Below are positions 1 through 10,728 of a DNA stretch of 64,000 nucleotides, piece after piece. The DNA comes from Naegleria gruberi. Taxonomy: Eukaryota. Made by a program: the position numbers and the translations under genes. Location of the stretch: NCBI GenBank assembly GCA_000004985.1, contig GG738849.1, one strand, 5' to 3'. How positions within the stretch are numbered: the stretch's first letter is position 1; each line of letters starts with the position of its first letter. Under the pieces are notes generated by a model. The model worked only from the letters and a program-made list of their open reading frames with translations. It did not search any database and was not told the origin of the DNA.

Positions 1-58
1 GTTCCCTTTAAATAACCCAATCACCAATTTTCACAAACACATCAAATACACAAAAAAA

Positions 59-1841
59 ATGGTCAAATCCCTTCTGATAGCACTCACACTCTGTGTTATC
101 TTCTCCCTTGCCAATGCACAACTTTCCGAAAAGTTGTTAAATTCCCAATACGTCCAATTACATAGTGCTCCTCTTGTTCCTCAAGGATGGACTCGTTTCT
201 TTGACCATGCCAACATTTCTCCAAACATCGTTGGTGAAGTTTTGAATAATCAACGTACCAAGATTACCTTTGCTTTGCATTCCCAAAATCTCGAAGTTTT
301 GAACTCTAAATTTGAAGCCATCACTGATCCAGAATCACCACTGTTCAGAAAGTACATGACAATGGATGAAGTTGCCAAATTGACCTCTCCTCACTCCTCC
401 CACAAGTCCATGGTTATGGAATATATTAAATCCATTCCAGAAGCCAAGATTGTCCAAGTTTCTGCTCATGAAAACTTTGTTACTGTCGATATGCCATTAA
501 AGTCCATCGATCGTTACTTTAAAACTAAGATGACTCCATTCATTCATAAGGAATCTGGTAAGATTATCTATCGTTCTGAACAAGGTTTCGCTCTCCCACA
601 ACCATTGTCCTATGCTGTCAAGACTTTGATTGGTGTTCACAATTTCCCAGTTTTCCAACATAAGGCCAAGCAAACTCGTGTCATGGCCAGTGATTCCCTC
701 ACTACTCCACAAGAACTCTGGAGAAGATATAACATTTCTCTTCCAACAAGCACTTCACCAAAGAGCTCACAAGCTGTTGGTTCATTCTTAGGTCAATATG
801 TTTCAGTTGAAGATTTGCTCCAATTCCAACAAACTTACAATTTGCCAATTACCAAGCCAACCATTATTGGTCCAAATGTTGATTCTGAACCAGGTGTTGA
901 AGCTGCTCTCGATATTCAATATATTATCTCAACTGGTTATTTGATTAATACCACAATTAACTCCACTCCAAAGAAGTACGATGATGAAGATCCATTCATG
1001 TATTGGGCCATTGCTCAACAAAAGATGGGTGACAAGAGTGCTTGGGTTCATAGTATTTCATATGGAGGTGTTGAAAAGTACATGCCAAAGGATTACTTGA
1101 CTAGTCTCGATTTGGAATTCCAAAAGTTGACCATTACTGGTAGATCAATTTTGATTGCTTCTGGTGACAATGGTGCTCGTTGTTCTGATTCTGGTGATTC
1201 TTTCGAACCAGAATGGCCAACTTCCTCTCCATTTATTACTTCAGTTGGTGCTACTCGCCCAGATTCCAGATATGTTGAAAGATCTGTCAGTTGGGGTGGT
1301 GGTGGTTTCTCTGCATTGTAAGTTTTTCAAAGTACTAATTTGTTGAATCTAATAATTTTAGCTATCCACGTCCAAAGTATCAAGCTGATGCTGTCACTGC
1401 TTATTTGTCTCAAAATGCTGTTCCACCAACCACTTATTTCAATGTTAATGGTAGAATGTACCCAGATATTGCTGCTCTCGGTGTTGAGTATGTATTTCTA
1501 TAATTTTTGAAATTTTAACACTTTATAGTTATCAAGTTGTTGTCAATGGACAAATCCAATCTGTTGCTGGAACTTCTGCTTCCACTCCTGCAGTTGCTGG
1601 TATTATCTCCTTATTGAATGATTTGAGATTCAAGGCTGGTAAGGGTCCTTTGGGTTTCTTGAATCCATGGTTGTACAAGGTTGTTTTGAATACTAAGGGT
1701 GCTACTTTCGATATTGTTCAAGGTAACAATGCTGTTTCTCCTTGCCCTGGTTTCCCAGCAACACAAGGTGCCGATGCCATCTCTGGTGTTGGTGTTCCAA
1801 ACTTTGCTGTTTTGGCTAAACTTGCTGTCCAAAGTGCTTAA
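59..1841 (+). CDS. Secreted sedolisin-family serine peptidase (tripeptidyl-peptidase I-like, peptidase S53). Three exons: 59..1317, 1362..1487, 1529..1841.
   Basis: N-terminal signal peptide MVKSLLIALTLCVIFSLANA. The S53 catalytic region carries SGDNGA, GGGFSA(F)YPRPKYQ and the active-site serine motif GTSASTPAVAGIISLLND, followed by LGFLNPWLY. The C-terminal half aligns colinearly with human TPP1. Two short introns, GTAAGT...TTTTAG (1318..1361) and GTATGT...TTATAG (1488..1528), restore the frame; splicing yields the conserved D in AALGVDYQVVVNG. The read-through ORFs end in junk. Confidence 0.85.
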
Positions 1842-1861
1842 ATAAAAAAAGATTTTATATT

Positions 1862-1897
1862 AGAAATAGTATTCATTATTTCTAATGAATTGATTCA
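1862..1897. other. Two adjacent perfect hairpins in the 130-bp spacer between convergent genes. A possible bidirectional 3'-end element.
   Basis: agaaata-gtattcat-tatttct (7-bp stem) and tgaat-tg-attca (5-bp stem), directly seen in the sequence. Confidence 0.3.
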
Positions 1898-1970
1898 TCA
1901 TTTGATTTATGTGTTTATTATTCAATATTTGGAAAAGTATTAAGGATGTATTTGAAACAAAATTTTTATA

Positions 1971-3599
1971 TTACAGCTTGGAAGTTTTGAATGGAGCATT
2001 TGGAGTTTCTATTACTTTGAAAACACCCTTATCCTCATTCAAGCATTCCATTTCAGTATCCCTAATTTGGTTGGACCAAATCATTGGTTTACCGGTGCAA
2101 TCTCTTACATCCAAAAACAAGTTATGTTCCTCTTCATCTGGATTTGAGGATGGTTGAGGCGGAAGGAGAAGGAATCTTGCAACTGGATCAGTTTCTGGAT
2201 TCACCTTCTTGATGAATTTCATATTATCTTGAAGTGTATAATACAAGGAAGCATATGAAATGCTATCCAAATCAGAGTATCTCTTTAAGAGATATTTATA
2301 CATTGATCCACCGTGAGTAGCAAAGACCAAATTGACTAATTTGGTATCCACATTGCCACACATTTGTGGTAAGATCTTTTGAGTGAGTGAATTAATGATA
2401 GATTCACACTGAGATTCTGTTAGTTTCTTGTTACAGTTAGTTGTATGACTGGTATTGTATACAACAAATGCAGGCATTTGAGCCTTTGTCTTTTGGTCGA
2501 CTGAATATTTAGCTCTCCAAAGTTGGAAAGTGACTTGATTTTGAGGATCTACAAAACAACCAGCAAAATTTGGATGGTAGTACAATTTTTCGAGTTGAGT
2601 AATCAAAAAGTTTGCCTTCCCATACACTCTTTCCATCAAAGTCTTGTACTCTTCCAAAGAAACTAATTGAGCAGATTGATCAGAAGCAGCATTTGATTCT
2701 TCAACTTCGTTAATTTGCTTTTGTGTGCGAATCAATTCCTTATTTCTGACCTCATCCTTTCCACTAATATTTGTATTGAACCCAAGGAACTTTAACCTGA
2801 ATCGAGATGGAACCATTCCACTCTTTGAAATATAAGACAAACTCTTTGCGTTGTCAGCAAAAACATGAGCATAACAATATCTGATACCAAGTTGGTACAT
2901 TAACAGAATTTTCATGTACCAAGCAGAGAATTTCACATCAGCACCATGATCTCTGTACTTTTTGTTACACCACCCAGAACCAGCCAAACCAACTTTGTAT
3001 TCCTTACCATCAATGTATTGAGTTTTGACAGAGAAGGCTATTGTTCCTCCTGGAATGTAACGTGGTGGTTTTGTTGGATGTTCCTTGGCATAATCTTCGT
3101 CGAGTACTTTTACATTGAGGACAAAGTGAGAACGATCTTTGTTTTGAGATGTGATGGTTGGTTTTTGTGGTTGTTCTGGGTTTTCAATGAAAGAGAATTG
3201 ACTCCATCTTTCGTATATATTTTCATGGACTTTGAGCATGCTGATAGTATCATGTTGTTTGAAATAGGAAAAGTATTCTTCAAGATCTTCCTTGTTACTA
3301 TCTAGATCTGAGAGTTCTCTCTTGAACCAATCGTCTAGATTCGAATAAATGTCGTCCCTTTCGTTGAGAAGCGATTTAGTGGTTTCAACGTATGACTTAT
3401 CTAATTCATCTTGTGTGAGAATTCTATTCTGATATTTGGCAGCCAAATAATTATCAGGATTCATCAAGGTAAATAAGAAAGCAGCTGGTTGACCATTTGA
3501 ATGTGAAAGAACATTCCACTCCTTGTCTGTTCTTAACACCTGATCTCTCAAGAGCATGGCTGCATGCTTTGGAAATAGCTTGGCTCTCAGAATATCCAT
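1971..3599 (-). CDS. Conserved hypothetical protein of 542 aa, single exon. It has a possible atypical kinase or nucleotidyltransferase-like core, but the family is not recognised.
   Basis: Uninterrupted 542-codon ORF with a true ATG at 3597-3599 (minus strand). Composition is coding-like, not AT-extreme. The central region is conserved-looking (RYIPGGTIAFSVKTQYIDGKEYKVGLAGSGWCNKKYRDHGADVKFSAWYMKILLMYQLGIRYCYAHVFADNAK), but I cannot assign a family from memory. Confidence 0.65.
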   Translation of the reverse strand: MDILRAKLFPKHAAMLLRDQVLRTDKEWNVLSHSNGQPAAFLFTLMNPDNYLAAKYQNRILTQDELDKSYVETTKSLLNERDDIYSNLDDWFKRELSDLDSNKEDLEEYFSYFKQHDTISMLKVHENIYERWSQFSFIENPEQPQKPTITSQNKDRSHFVLNVKVLDEDYAKEHPTKPPRYIPGGTIAFSVKTQYIDGKEYKVGLAGSGWCNKKYRDHGADVKFSAWYMKILLMYQLGIRYCYAHVFADNAKSLSYISKSGMVPSRFRLKFLGFNTNISGKDEVRNKELIRTQKQINEVEESNAASDQSAQLVSLEEYKTLMERVYGKANFLITQLEKLYYHPNFAGCFVDPQNQVTFQLWRAKYSVDQKTKAQMPAFVVYNTSHTTNCNKKLTESQCESIINSLTQKILPQMCGNVDTKLVNLVFATHGGSMYKYLLKRYSDLDSISYASLYYTLQDNMKFIKKVNPETDPVARFLLLPPQPSSNPDEEEHNLFLDVRDCTGKPMIWSNQIRDTEMECLNEDKGVFKVIETPNAPFKTSKL

Positions 3600-4475
3600 T
3601 GTCTATTGTGTAATGTTGTTTTTTTAAATTATTGTTCGAAATCTAGAGTGTTTTTCATGCTTGTTTTGGAACATCTTCCTTGAGTTAAAAACTGACAAGT
3701 AAATCAAACTCAACTTCTAGTACGTGTGATGGAGAGGGTAAGATCTCTCTACTGTCATCACTTAGATTAACAATAAAGTTAAATATCATTTACATGATCC
3801 GCTACTAGAATATCAGAACTCTAAACTTCTTGATTGTAATCGATTGTATAATACTCAATATTACAACGCATTGAGGTAAACACGAAATCATTCCATTACG
3901 TACATTCCAAGTAGAAGAATACAAGTAAGATTTACATTGAGTCTTCCAGTTCTCGGAATTATTATGCTGTAAGAGACTACTTGACCAATTAGACAAGTAA
4001 TGAATTAAACTTCCCTTCTTGACCAATTTCCATCTCAATCTCCTCTAATTAACCCAGCTGTAATACTCTGCTGGTGGAACATTTTCCATCATCACTTTCA
4101 AATAAAATACATATGAGCCCTTCATTCATTATCTTATTCTCTGGAAATTCAAAGCCTTACGAAAAAGCTATCGAGCAGCTGAACAGCAACAGTATCGGAG
4201 TGGTTTTTTTTTAAAGCAAACCGAGGGTTGGATTTTCGAAGCTTTTTGATGAGCATCACATATTCCTTGCTAGCAAAAACTTTAAAAAAAACTCCGTGTG
4301 TGGATCATTCATTATCATCGTTTGATTTTAAAATTATTGTTGTTGTTAGATAATAAAATCAATAGACGATATTAATTTGTTATTATTTAAAAACTCAGAA
4401 GATTTATAACACACAACGACGACTACTATTAAATCTATTTAAAAAGTTTTTTAAGTTTAGGAAGAAGAAGAAAAA

Positions 4476-5353
4476 TTGGAAACTATGAACAACAAAAAGT
4501 CTTTTAAAATTGTCCTTTTGGGAGAAGGAAGAGTAGGAAAAACATCACTCACTCTCCGTTTTATTAAAGATGTTTTTGATGATAACCAACAATCGACCAT
4601 ACAAGCAACCTATCTTCAAAAAGACATTATTGTTGGAAATCAACAAGTAACTTTATCCGTTTGGGATACAGCCGGTCAAGAGGTAAGAGGAAAAATTGAA
4701 TTTTAAACTGATTTTAATAATTTAATAATAATAATATATTATTATAATAATAATTTTAATAACTGAAAATATGAACAAAATTTAATATTAACAGAGATTC
4801 CATGCTCTTGGACCAATTTATTACAGAAATGCCGATGGTGCCTTGTTGGTATATGATATTACTGACCAAGATACATTTGATAGAGCTAAAACTTGGGTGA
4901 TGGAATTGAGAAAAGTTCTCGGGGATGATATTGTTATTACAATTGTTGGTAACAAATGTGATATGATTAAACACAGACAAGTATCGGAAGAACAGGCTTT
5001 GGAATATGCCCAATCAGTGGGAGCAAATCACTTACTAGTCAGTGCTAAAGCAAACAAAAATGTTGCAGAATCTTTCTTGGATCTGACGAAACGAATTCTT
5101 GAAAAGAAGGCAAATACTCCTATGGGAGGATCTCCACAAGCTCATAGAGCTTCTGTCAGAATGTCCACAAGAGGTGTCAGTGGATTAACTATTCAAGAAA
5201 ATCCGTAAGTTTTTACATTAGTTGTCTAAATTACTAAATTTTAAAATTAGTAATCAAAAACCAGTTAATAACAGAATTAGTTCTCGAGTTAGTGGACTTA
5301 CAATCACAGATGAAGAACCTAAAAAAACAGATAATGGTACCTGTTGTAAATAA
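4476..5353 (+). CDS. rab21: Small GTPase Rab21. Three exons: 4476..4682, 4795..5204, 5251..5353.
   Basis: The P-loop is GEGRVGKTS and the switch II motif WDTAGQERF is split by intron 1 (GTAAGA...AACAG). FHALGPIYYRNADGALLVYDITD, GNKCDM and SAKANKNV are near-identical to human RAB21 across the G domain. Intron 2 is 5205..5250 (GTAAGT...AAATTAG). The C-terminal tail ends in the cysteine pair GTCCK, the prenylation site. Confidence 0.9.
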
Positions 5354-5651
5354 TGAGATTATCATGTTCCGAGTTTAATTTTTGATATTCTAACTTGTAC
5401 ATTTTAAGAGTTATTGGTTAAATATCAATAGTAAAATATTGATATTTAATAAATAACAATGGAGATATTTATTAAAATTATCATCAACCTTTAATAATTT
5501 CATTAAGGAATTTTATTTCTGAATAATCATTGGATCACATACCTAAAATGAAAATCCAATTTGCTACAGACTTAATTTGAAAATTTAATAAGGATTATCG
5601 ATTATAATGGACTGTTGACACGTTGATTTCTCAATCATTCCACATTAAAAA

Positions 5652-8123
5652 ATGCGTCAACATCTCACACGAAAGAATATCGCTTTTGCTGTGATGGGTT
5701 TTCTCATCCTCATTACTCTATTCCAATTCTTTATTGGCAAACATATTGGAAATACGAAACATGACATGAGTATGAAAATTCAACATGTTGCCACAATTCC
5801 CGATCAAAACATACAAAATGAAGTGGTAGTACCACTCAAACAACCAGAAGATGTGGAGGTAGCAGCAGATCATGTGGAAAAGGAGGCAGAAATAGAAACA
5901 AAACCAACAACAGTCGGAGTGGTGGAAAAGAAGGAGGAACAGAAAGTGCAGAAGGTGGTGGAAAAGAAGACGGGACAGAAGAAGGAGGAAAGGAATAGTT
6001 TACTTTCGTCAACCAAAACAACAGCTTCAACCAATGTTGCCTCCACATCATCACAGAAAAAGAAAAAGAATTCTAAACTGAAAAAACAAAAGAAGGAAAA
6101 TACTAAACCTGTAGAAGAAACAAGAAAATCTACAAAACTTCCACCAGTCTACTTTTTATTTATCTGCACTCTCGATAAGGAACAATGTGAAAAACCAAAA
6201 CAACAAAGTTGGAAAGATTCACTCATCAAGTCTTACAATCAAATCTCTTCAACTGCAAAGGATAATGTTGAATCAATTAATTTTGTGATTTTTGGTGGTG
6301 ATTCTAATATTCCATCACTTTTTACACGTGTGGAAACTTCACAAAAGGGCATAGTTCAAAGTGTGAGTGATTTTATTGCCAATTCTATCAAGGACGATAA
6401 TGCAATGATTATTTTCATAACTGATTTGTCCATTCCAGTTTCACATTCCTTCACTGATACGTACTACATGTTGCAAGATTCAATTCTTGTTGGAAGTATT
6501 GTAATTAATGAAAAGAGCGGAAAGATTCTGAACTCGGGTTGGGATTTGAAATTGAGAAGTTGTAAGGGACAAACTACTCATTCAATTGCCTTTACTCCTC
6601 ACATGTATGGCAAAGAGCTTTCTGCATTATTGGAATCCAATGATAGTGATGAGGAAGAAATGGTTGTTTTCATTCCTTCCTTTAATGGAGCATCGATTCT
6701 CAAGCAAACTTGGAAATATTTTGGTGGATTCCAAATGGACTACCGAAAGGATTATATCTTTGATTTCTTGTTAAGAATTCAAGAACACAATCAAGTAGCT
6801 CCAATTATTCCTGAAAATATCGTGAAATCATATGGAAGTGAAAATTATGAAGAATATATCATTTCAGATACTGAACCATGTAGTTTGGATGAGAAAATTT
6901 CCTTCAGAAATGCAGAATCTGAAATCTCCAAACAATACTATGAAAGTACCATGAACTCATTCTTTAACAGATTGGAAGTTAAGAATATTAATCTAATCTA
7001 TACCATTCCAGCTGATTTACCATCACAATCACTTCAACAAATTTCAAATGCAATCAATATTGAGGGTAAAATTATTCTCAAACTCAACACAACTCTGAGC
7101 GGAATTCACGTGAGTGAGAGTGATAGAATTGCATTCAATAGAATGAAGAATATTGTTCACTCTGATGCGAACATTCCTCTCGTTAATATTGTTCCATTTG
7201 ATCCTAATTGGAATTGTCCTAGAAAACAATACTGCATTGGACTGTTTATGAGTGATATTAAACAGATTAAACAAGAAGATGTCAACAAGATGAAGCAACA
7301 ATATGATGAAATATGGGTCTCTGAGCAACGACATGCCAAGTTATTGAAACGAATGGGGATTAAGAAGAGCAAAACTCAATTCATTCCAAATGGAGTTGAT
7401 ACTTTGGCATTCAAACAGGATGAAAACAAGAATGCTCCAACCAATTACTTGTCCGTGTTTTCAGATTGGGAAAAGGAAAGGTAATTAGTTTAATTATTTT
7501 ATTTAATTCTTATTTCAATAATAGAAACCAAATCAAATTATTGGTAGAATCATTTGCCACAAGTTTTGATCAAGTATCCAATGTCAAGTTGACCATTTTT
7601 ATTCAAGATTTTACATCTGCTTCCAATGATAAGACCTCTCAGGAAATTATCAAGCAATTGGGAATTGAAACTGTCTTTACCAAACCACCATCAATTGAAA
7701 TATTACCTTTAGATGCAAGAAAAGTAGAGCTTCCATCATTCTATCGTGATTATCATGTATTACTTGTAAGTTTTTCACAAAACAATCTCAAATTTTAATA
7801 TCAAATTGCAGATATTAACTGAAAATCAAAGTGCAAGACTCGTCATGCAAGCCATGTCATCAGGCCTCTTAATTGTTTCTCCAGGAGGAGAATTATTCGA
7901 ATTCCTCAATAAGGATAATAGCTTAATTATCAAGCAAGCCAAATCAGTGGAATCATGGATTGAAACACTCAAATATATTCATTCAGAGGGTAATCTTTCA
8001 CTCATACATGAATTATGTAAAGTAGCTCGTCTCGACATGGTCGAATATTATGATAATACTGTAATTGCCAAGGATATTTTATCTAGATTAGGAGATATTG
8101 AGGAATTTATGAATGCTCATTAA
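5652..8123 (+). CDS. Type II membrane glycosyltransferase with a GT4-like (GT-B) C-terminal domain. Three exons: 5652..7480, 7525..7765, 7812..8123.
   Basis: N-terminal signal anchor IAFAVMGFLILITLFQFFIG, then a K/E-rich low-complexity stalk, then the catalytic region. The GT4 nucleotide-sugar motif spans the second intron: YRDYHVLL|ILTENQSARLVMQAMSSGLLIVSPGGELFEFL (the E-x7-E type). The introns GTAATT...AATAG and GTAAGT...TTGCAG restore a single frame. Confidence 0.75.
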
Positions 8124-8256
8124 TTTATGTTTTACACTCTATATTTTGTATTATTAAGATCAATGATAATCGAGTTGATTAAAATTCGAAAGAAGAAATT
8201 TTATTAAGAAATTATAAAAATTAATTGGCGCCAAAATATTTATAACTACAAAAAAA

Positions 8257-9102
8257 ATGACTGATTTATTATCAACCCTCAATTCCGACACTGTTCTCTA
8301 CAAGACCATGAAGACAACAACAACAACAACAAACAATATGGATGAGACAATTTTGGAGGAGAAGGAAAGAGTGTATGGATATTTGAAGGGAACCAATGAT
8401 GCTCATTATGTTTTGGAGAAGAAAAAGATAGTGATTGGAAAAGATCCCGATAAATGTGATATTGTATTACATAATGGAAAGACTATATCGCCTGAACATG
8501 CCAGGATTGAATTTAGAAAGACTGCAACTTCATACACTTGTATGATTACTGATTTACAGTCACAGAATGGTACATTGGTGAATGATAAACGATTGTTTTT
8601 GGATAGTGTCACAAAACAGTTACATCATGGAGATAGAATTCGATTTGGATTTGATCAGACATTTTATACGATTGAGTTTCTTTATGAGGAGGAACAACCA
8701 AACAAAAATTCAACAGATGAGAGAGGATTTGTTGGAATACTCAATCCAAATTTCAAACCAGGAAAATCTAGGAGAAGTAAATCAGCTGAAAAGTCTCTAT
8801 CAAGGCCTAAAGCTGAACCTTCTAAAGAATACAAAGAAAAATTGGAAAAGCAACAACAGGAATTCAAAAGCTTACTTGAAAAGAGGAGGAGCGAAAAAAA
8901 GAGGGCGGAAAAAGATCCAAAAGATCCTTCCACAATAACCTTTCAAACAGCAACAGGATCAAAAACTGTCTCTCTAAATGATCTTCAGGAAAGTGATGAG
9001 GAAGGTATTGAGGATGATTTTATTCCACAAGAAACAATTAAGGAAACCATATCAATAGCAAAACCAACTGTGGACTCCAAGACAAACTCTCCCAAATTAT
9101 GA
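8257..9102 (+). CDS. FHA (forkhead-associated) domain protein with a charged, lysine-rich C-terminal region.
   Basis: The N-terminal FHA signature is IVIGKDPDKCDIVLHNGKTISPEHARIEF...LQSQNGTLVNDKRL...GDRIRFG. It has a true ATG start and is continuous in one frame to the TGA at 9100-9102. Confidence 0.8.
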   Translation: MTDLLSTLNSDTVLYKTMKTTTTTTNNMDETILEEKERVYGYLKGTNDAHYVLEKKKIVIGKDPDKCDIVLHNGKTISPEHARIEFRKTATSYTCMITDLQSQNGTLVNDKRLFLDSVTKQLHHGDRIRFGFDQTFYTIEFLYEEEQPNKNSTDERGFVGILNPNFKPGKSRRSKSAEKSLSRPKAEPSKEYKEKLEKQQQEFKSLLEKRRSEKKRAEKDPKDPSTITFQTATGSKTVSLNDLQESDEEGIEDDFIPQETIKETISIAKPTVDSKTNSPKL

Positions 9103-9235
9103 TATTCTTTCATCTCGAATTGAGAATATTGAAAAAACTATTTATACAGAACAAAAGAATGAGGAACAGGAATTTTATCATTTAAATCTATTGGTAAACA
9201 GCGTACATTTATTGTCTTACAAGTTGTTAAACGAG

Positions 9236-10549
9236 ATGGGACATCAGGATAAAACTAGTAGCGACGCCCATGACGAAGATGACACTCTAGGCCAAAGCAA
9301 AACAGTGAGGGAAATAATGACTGAAAAATTGAAGGATGTGAAAGGAATTCTGACAGCTTGTATTGGGAGAGTGAATGTTGTCGATAGAGAAAAGGAACGA
9401 ACAATGAAAGAAAAGGAAAATTTAAGAAGCCAAGCTTTGGAAAGATACGCAACAGAATTACAAGTAGAGCTGGATACAATACGATTCGAGTTTGAGAGAA
9501 AGAATATGTTGGTGGAAGAGTTAAAACGACAATCCCTCGACAGGAAAAAGGATCAAGATACGATCAAGACTCTTAGGGAGTGTTTAGAATTCAAAGATGC
9601 TGAAATGAGAGAATTGCAAAGTCAACTAGCTTCTAATTCCTTGATTGGATATAACAGTGAGGCTGCTAAATCGAGAATGCAAAATTTGATAGCTACATTA
9701 ATGAAAGACACGGAAGAATGCAAGAGAAGAAATATGGAATCACAACATAGGCTCGAAAAGAGACTGCTCGAATGGCAACAAGTGAAGGAAGAAAACAAAA
9801 AGCTAAGATTTAGAGTTTCTGACCTTCAAGAAACAATTCACAGACAAATGAACGATCTTCACATCTCTTTAATGCATAAAGAGCAAAAATTGAATGCTTG
9901 GAAGTCTAAAGTCGCAGAGTTGGCTTCTGATAATAACGAAATGCGATATAGAGCTGCGGGCTTTTTACTTTCTCTAGTGAGTGAACAAGATAATAGAGAT
10001 ACAGAACTATTATTGAAATATGAGGAAACTAAGAGAAATCTACACTTTTCTCAAATGGAAAATAACGAGCTTCGATTGGAAATTCAAAATTTGAAAGATG
10101 TCCTCCAATACACAGATGTACATACAACCAAACAAACAATGGACATGTTAAGAGATAAGATACACCAAATGGAAATTGAATGCTCAGTAGATAGAGTTCT
10201 GGAATACCAGAACACCATAACCAATCTAAGTTCCAAAGTTTCAGAATACGAGAGAATGCAAGGTCTCTATATCCAAGAATTTAGTAGATTGAAAAAGTTG
10301 AATACTAAATTCAATGAGGGAGCATGTATTGGAACATTGGAACGTAAAATTCAACTCTACGAAAAGAAGATTGAGAGTTTGGAAAAACACATTGACCAAG
10401 CTTTTGTGGAAAGAGAGTCTGCCATTTCACCAATTCTGCCCTCCTCACAGATGCAATTGTTGAACCCTTCAAATCCATTAAGTGCTATTCAACGAGTTGA
10501 GCTGAAAGAAACTACTCCAAATATCATACCAAAACCTCTTTCTTCCTAG
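9236..10549 (+). CDS. Coiled-coil protein of about 438 aa. The start is taken at the first in-frame ATG and the true 5' end is uncertain.
   Basis: Long heptad-rich ORF in frame 2 that is open from 9059. The ORF-track start at 9191 is a TTG. The first ATG is at 9236 (MGHQDK...). The ORF ends with a Pro/Ser-rich tail at 10547-10549. Whether it is an independent gene or a 3' part of the upstream FHA gene is unresolved. Confidence 0.6.
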   Translation: MGHQDKTSSDAHDEDDTLGQSKTVREIMTEKLKDVKGILTACIGRVNVVDREKERTMKEKENLRSQALERYATELQVELDTIRFEFERKNMLVEELKRQSLDRKKDQDTIKTLRECLEFKDAEMRELQSQLASNSLIGYNSEAAKSRMQNLIATLMKDTEECKRRNMESQHRLEKRLLEWQQVKEENKKLRFRVSDLQETIHRQMNDLHISLMHKEQKLNAWKSKVAELASDNNEMRYRAAGFLLSLVSEQDNRDTELLLKYEETKRNLHFSQMENNELRLEIQNLKDVLQYTDVHTTKQTMDMLRDKIHQMEIECSVDRVLEYQNTITNLSSKVSEYERMQGLYIQEFSRLKKLNTKFNEGACIGTLERKIQLYEKKIESLEKHIDQAFVERESAISPILPSSQMQLLNPSNPLSAIQRVELKETTPNIIPKPLSS

Positions 10550-10728
10550 AAGGTCATCAAAAGGTGACTTGAGAGCTGTCATTGAACAAACCCAACAGAG
10601 TGAAATAGCTCAACAAGAAACAAAAGAAACATTACCAGTATTGGAAAAGAAACCATCCAAAACGAATATAATTCCAGTTGAGGAAGTAAATAATAGTATA
10701 ATTACAGATCAATAAATAAAATATTTAA

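Noticed and set aside
497-1346. Track ORFs 497..712 (minus strand) and 1155..1346 (plus strand) overlapping the sedolisin gene.
   Set aside because: They are antisense or alternative-frame ORFs inside a well-supported CDS, low complexity, with no domain.
2946-3305. Track ORF 2946..3305 (plus strand), antisense to the 542-aa gene.
   Set aside because: A shadow ORF on the opposite strand of a long coding region.
5836-6054. Track ORF 5836..6054 (minus strand), Pro/Leu/Ser-rich.
   Set aside because: Antisense of the K/E-rich stalk of the glycosyltransferase.
8582-8938. Track ORF 8582..8938 (plus strand, frame 2) inside the FHA gene. It was considered as evidence that the FHA and coiled-coil ORFs are one frame-shifted gene.
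   Set aside because: Frame 2 is closed by stops at 8936, 8975 and 9056. Only 9059..9102 overlaps the FHA frame, so there is no support for a fusion beyond adjacency. It is kept as an open question in the findings.
10417-10549. A possible 133-nt intron (GTCTGC…TTCTTCCTAG) that would splice the coiled-coil ORF into the downstream 58-codon frame.
   Set aside because: The donor is very poor. The interior is coding-like and Pro/Ser-rich, not AT-rich, and it is in frame with the upstream exon. It reads more plausibly as exon.
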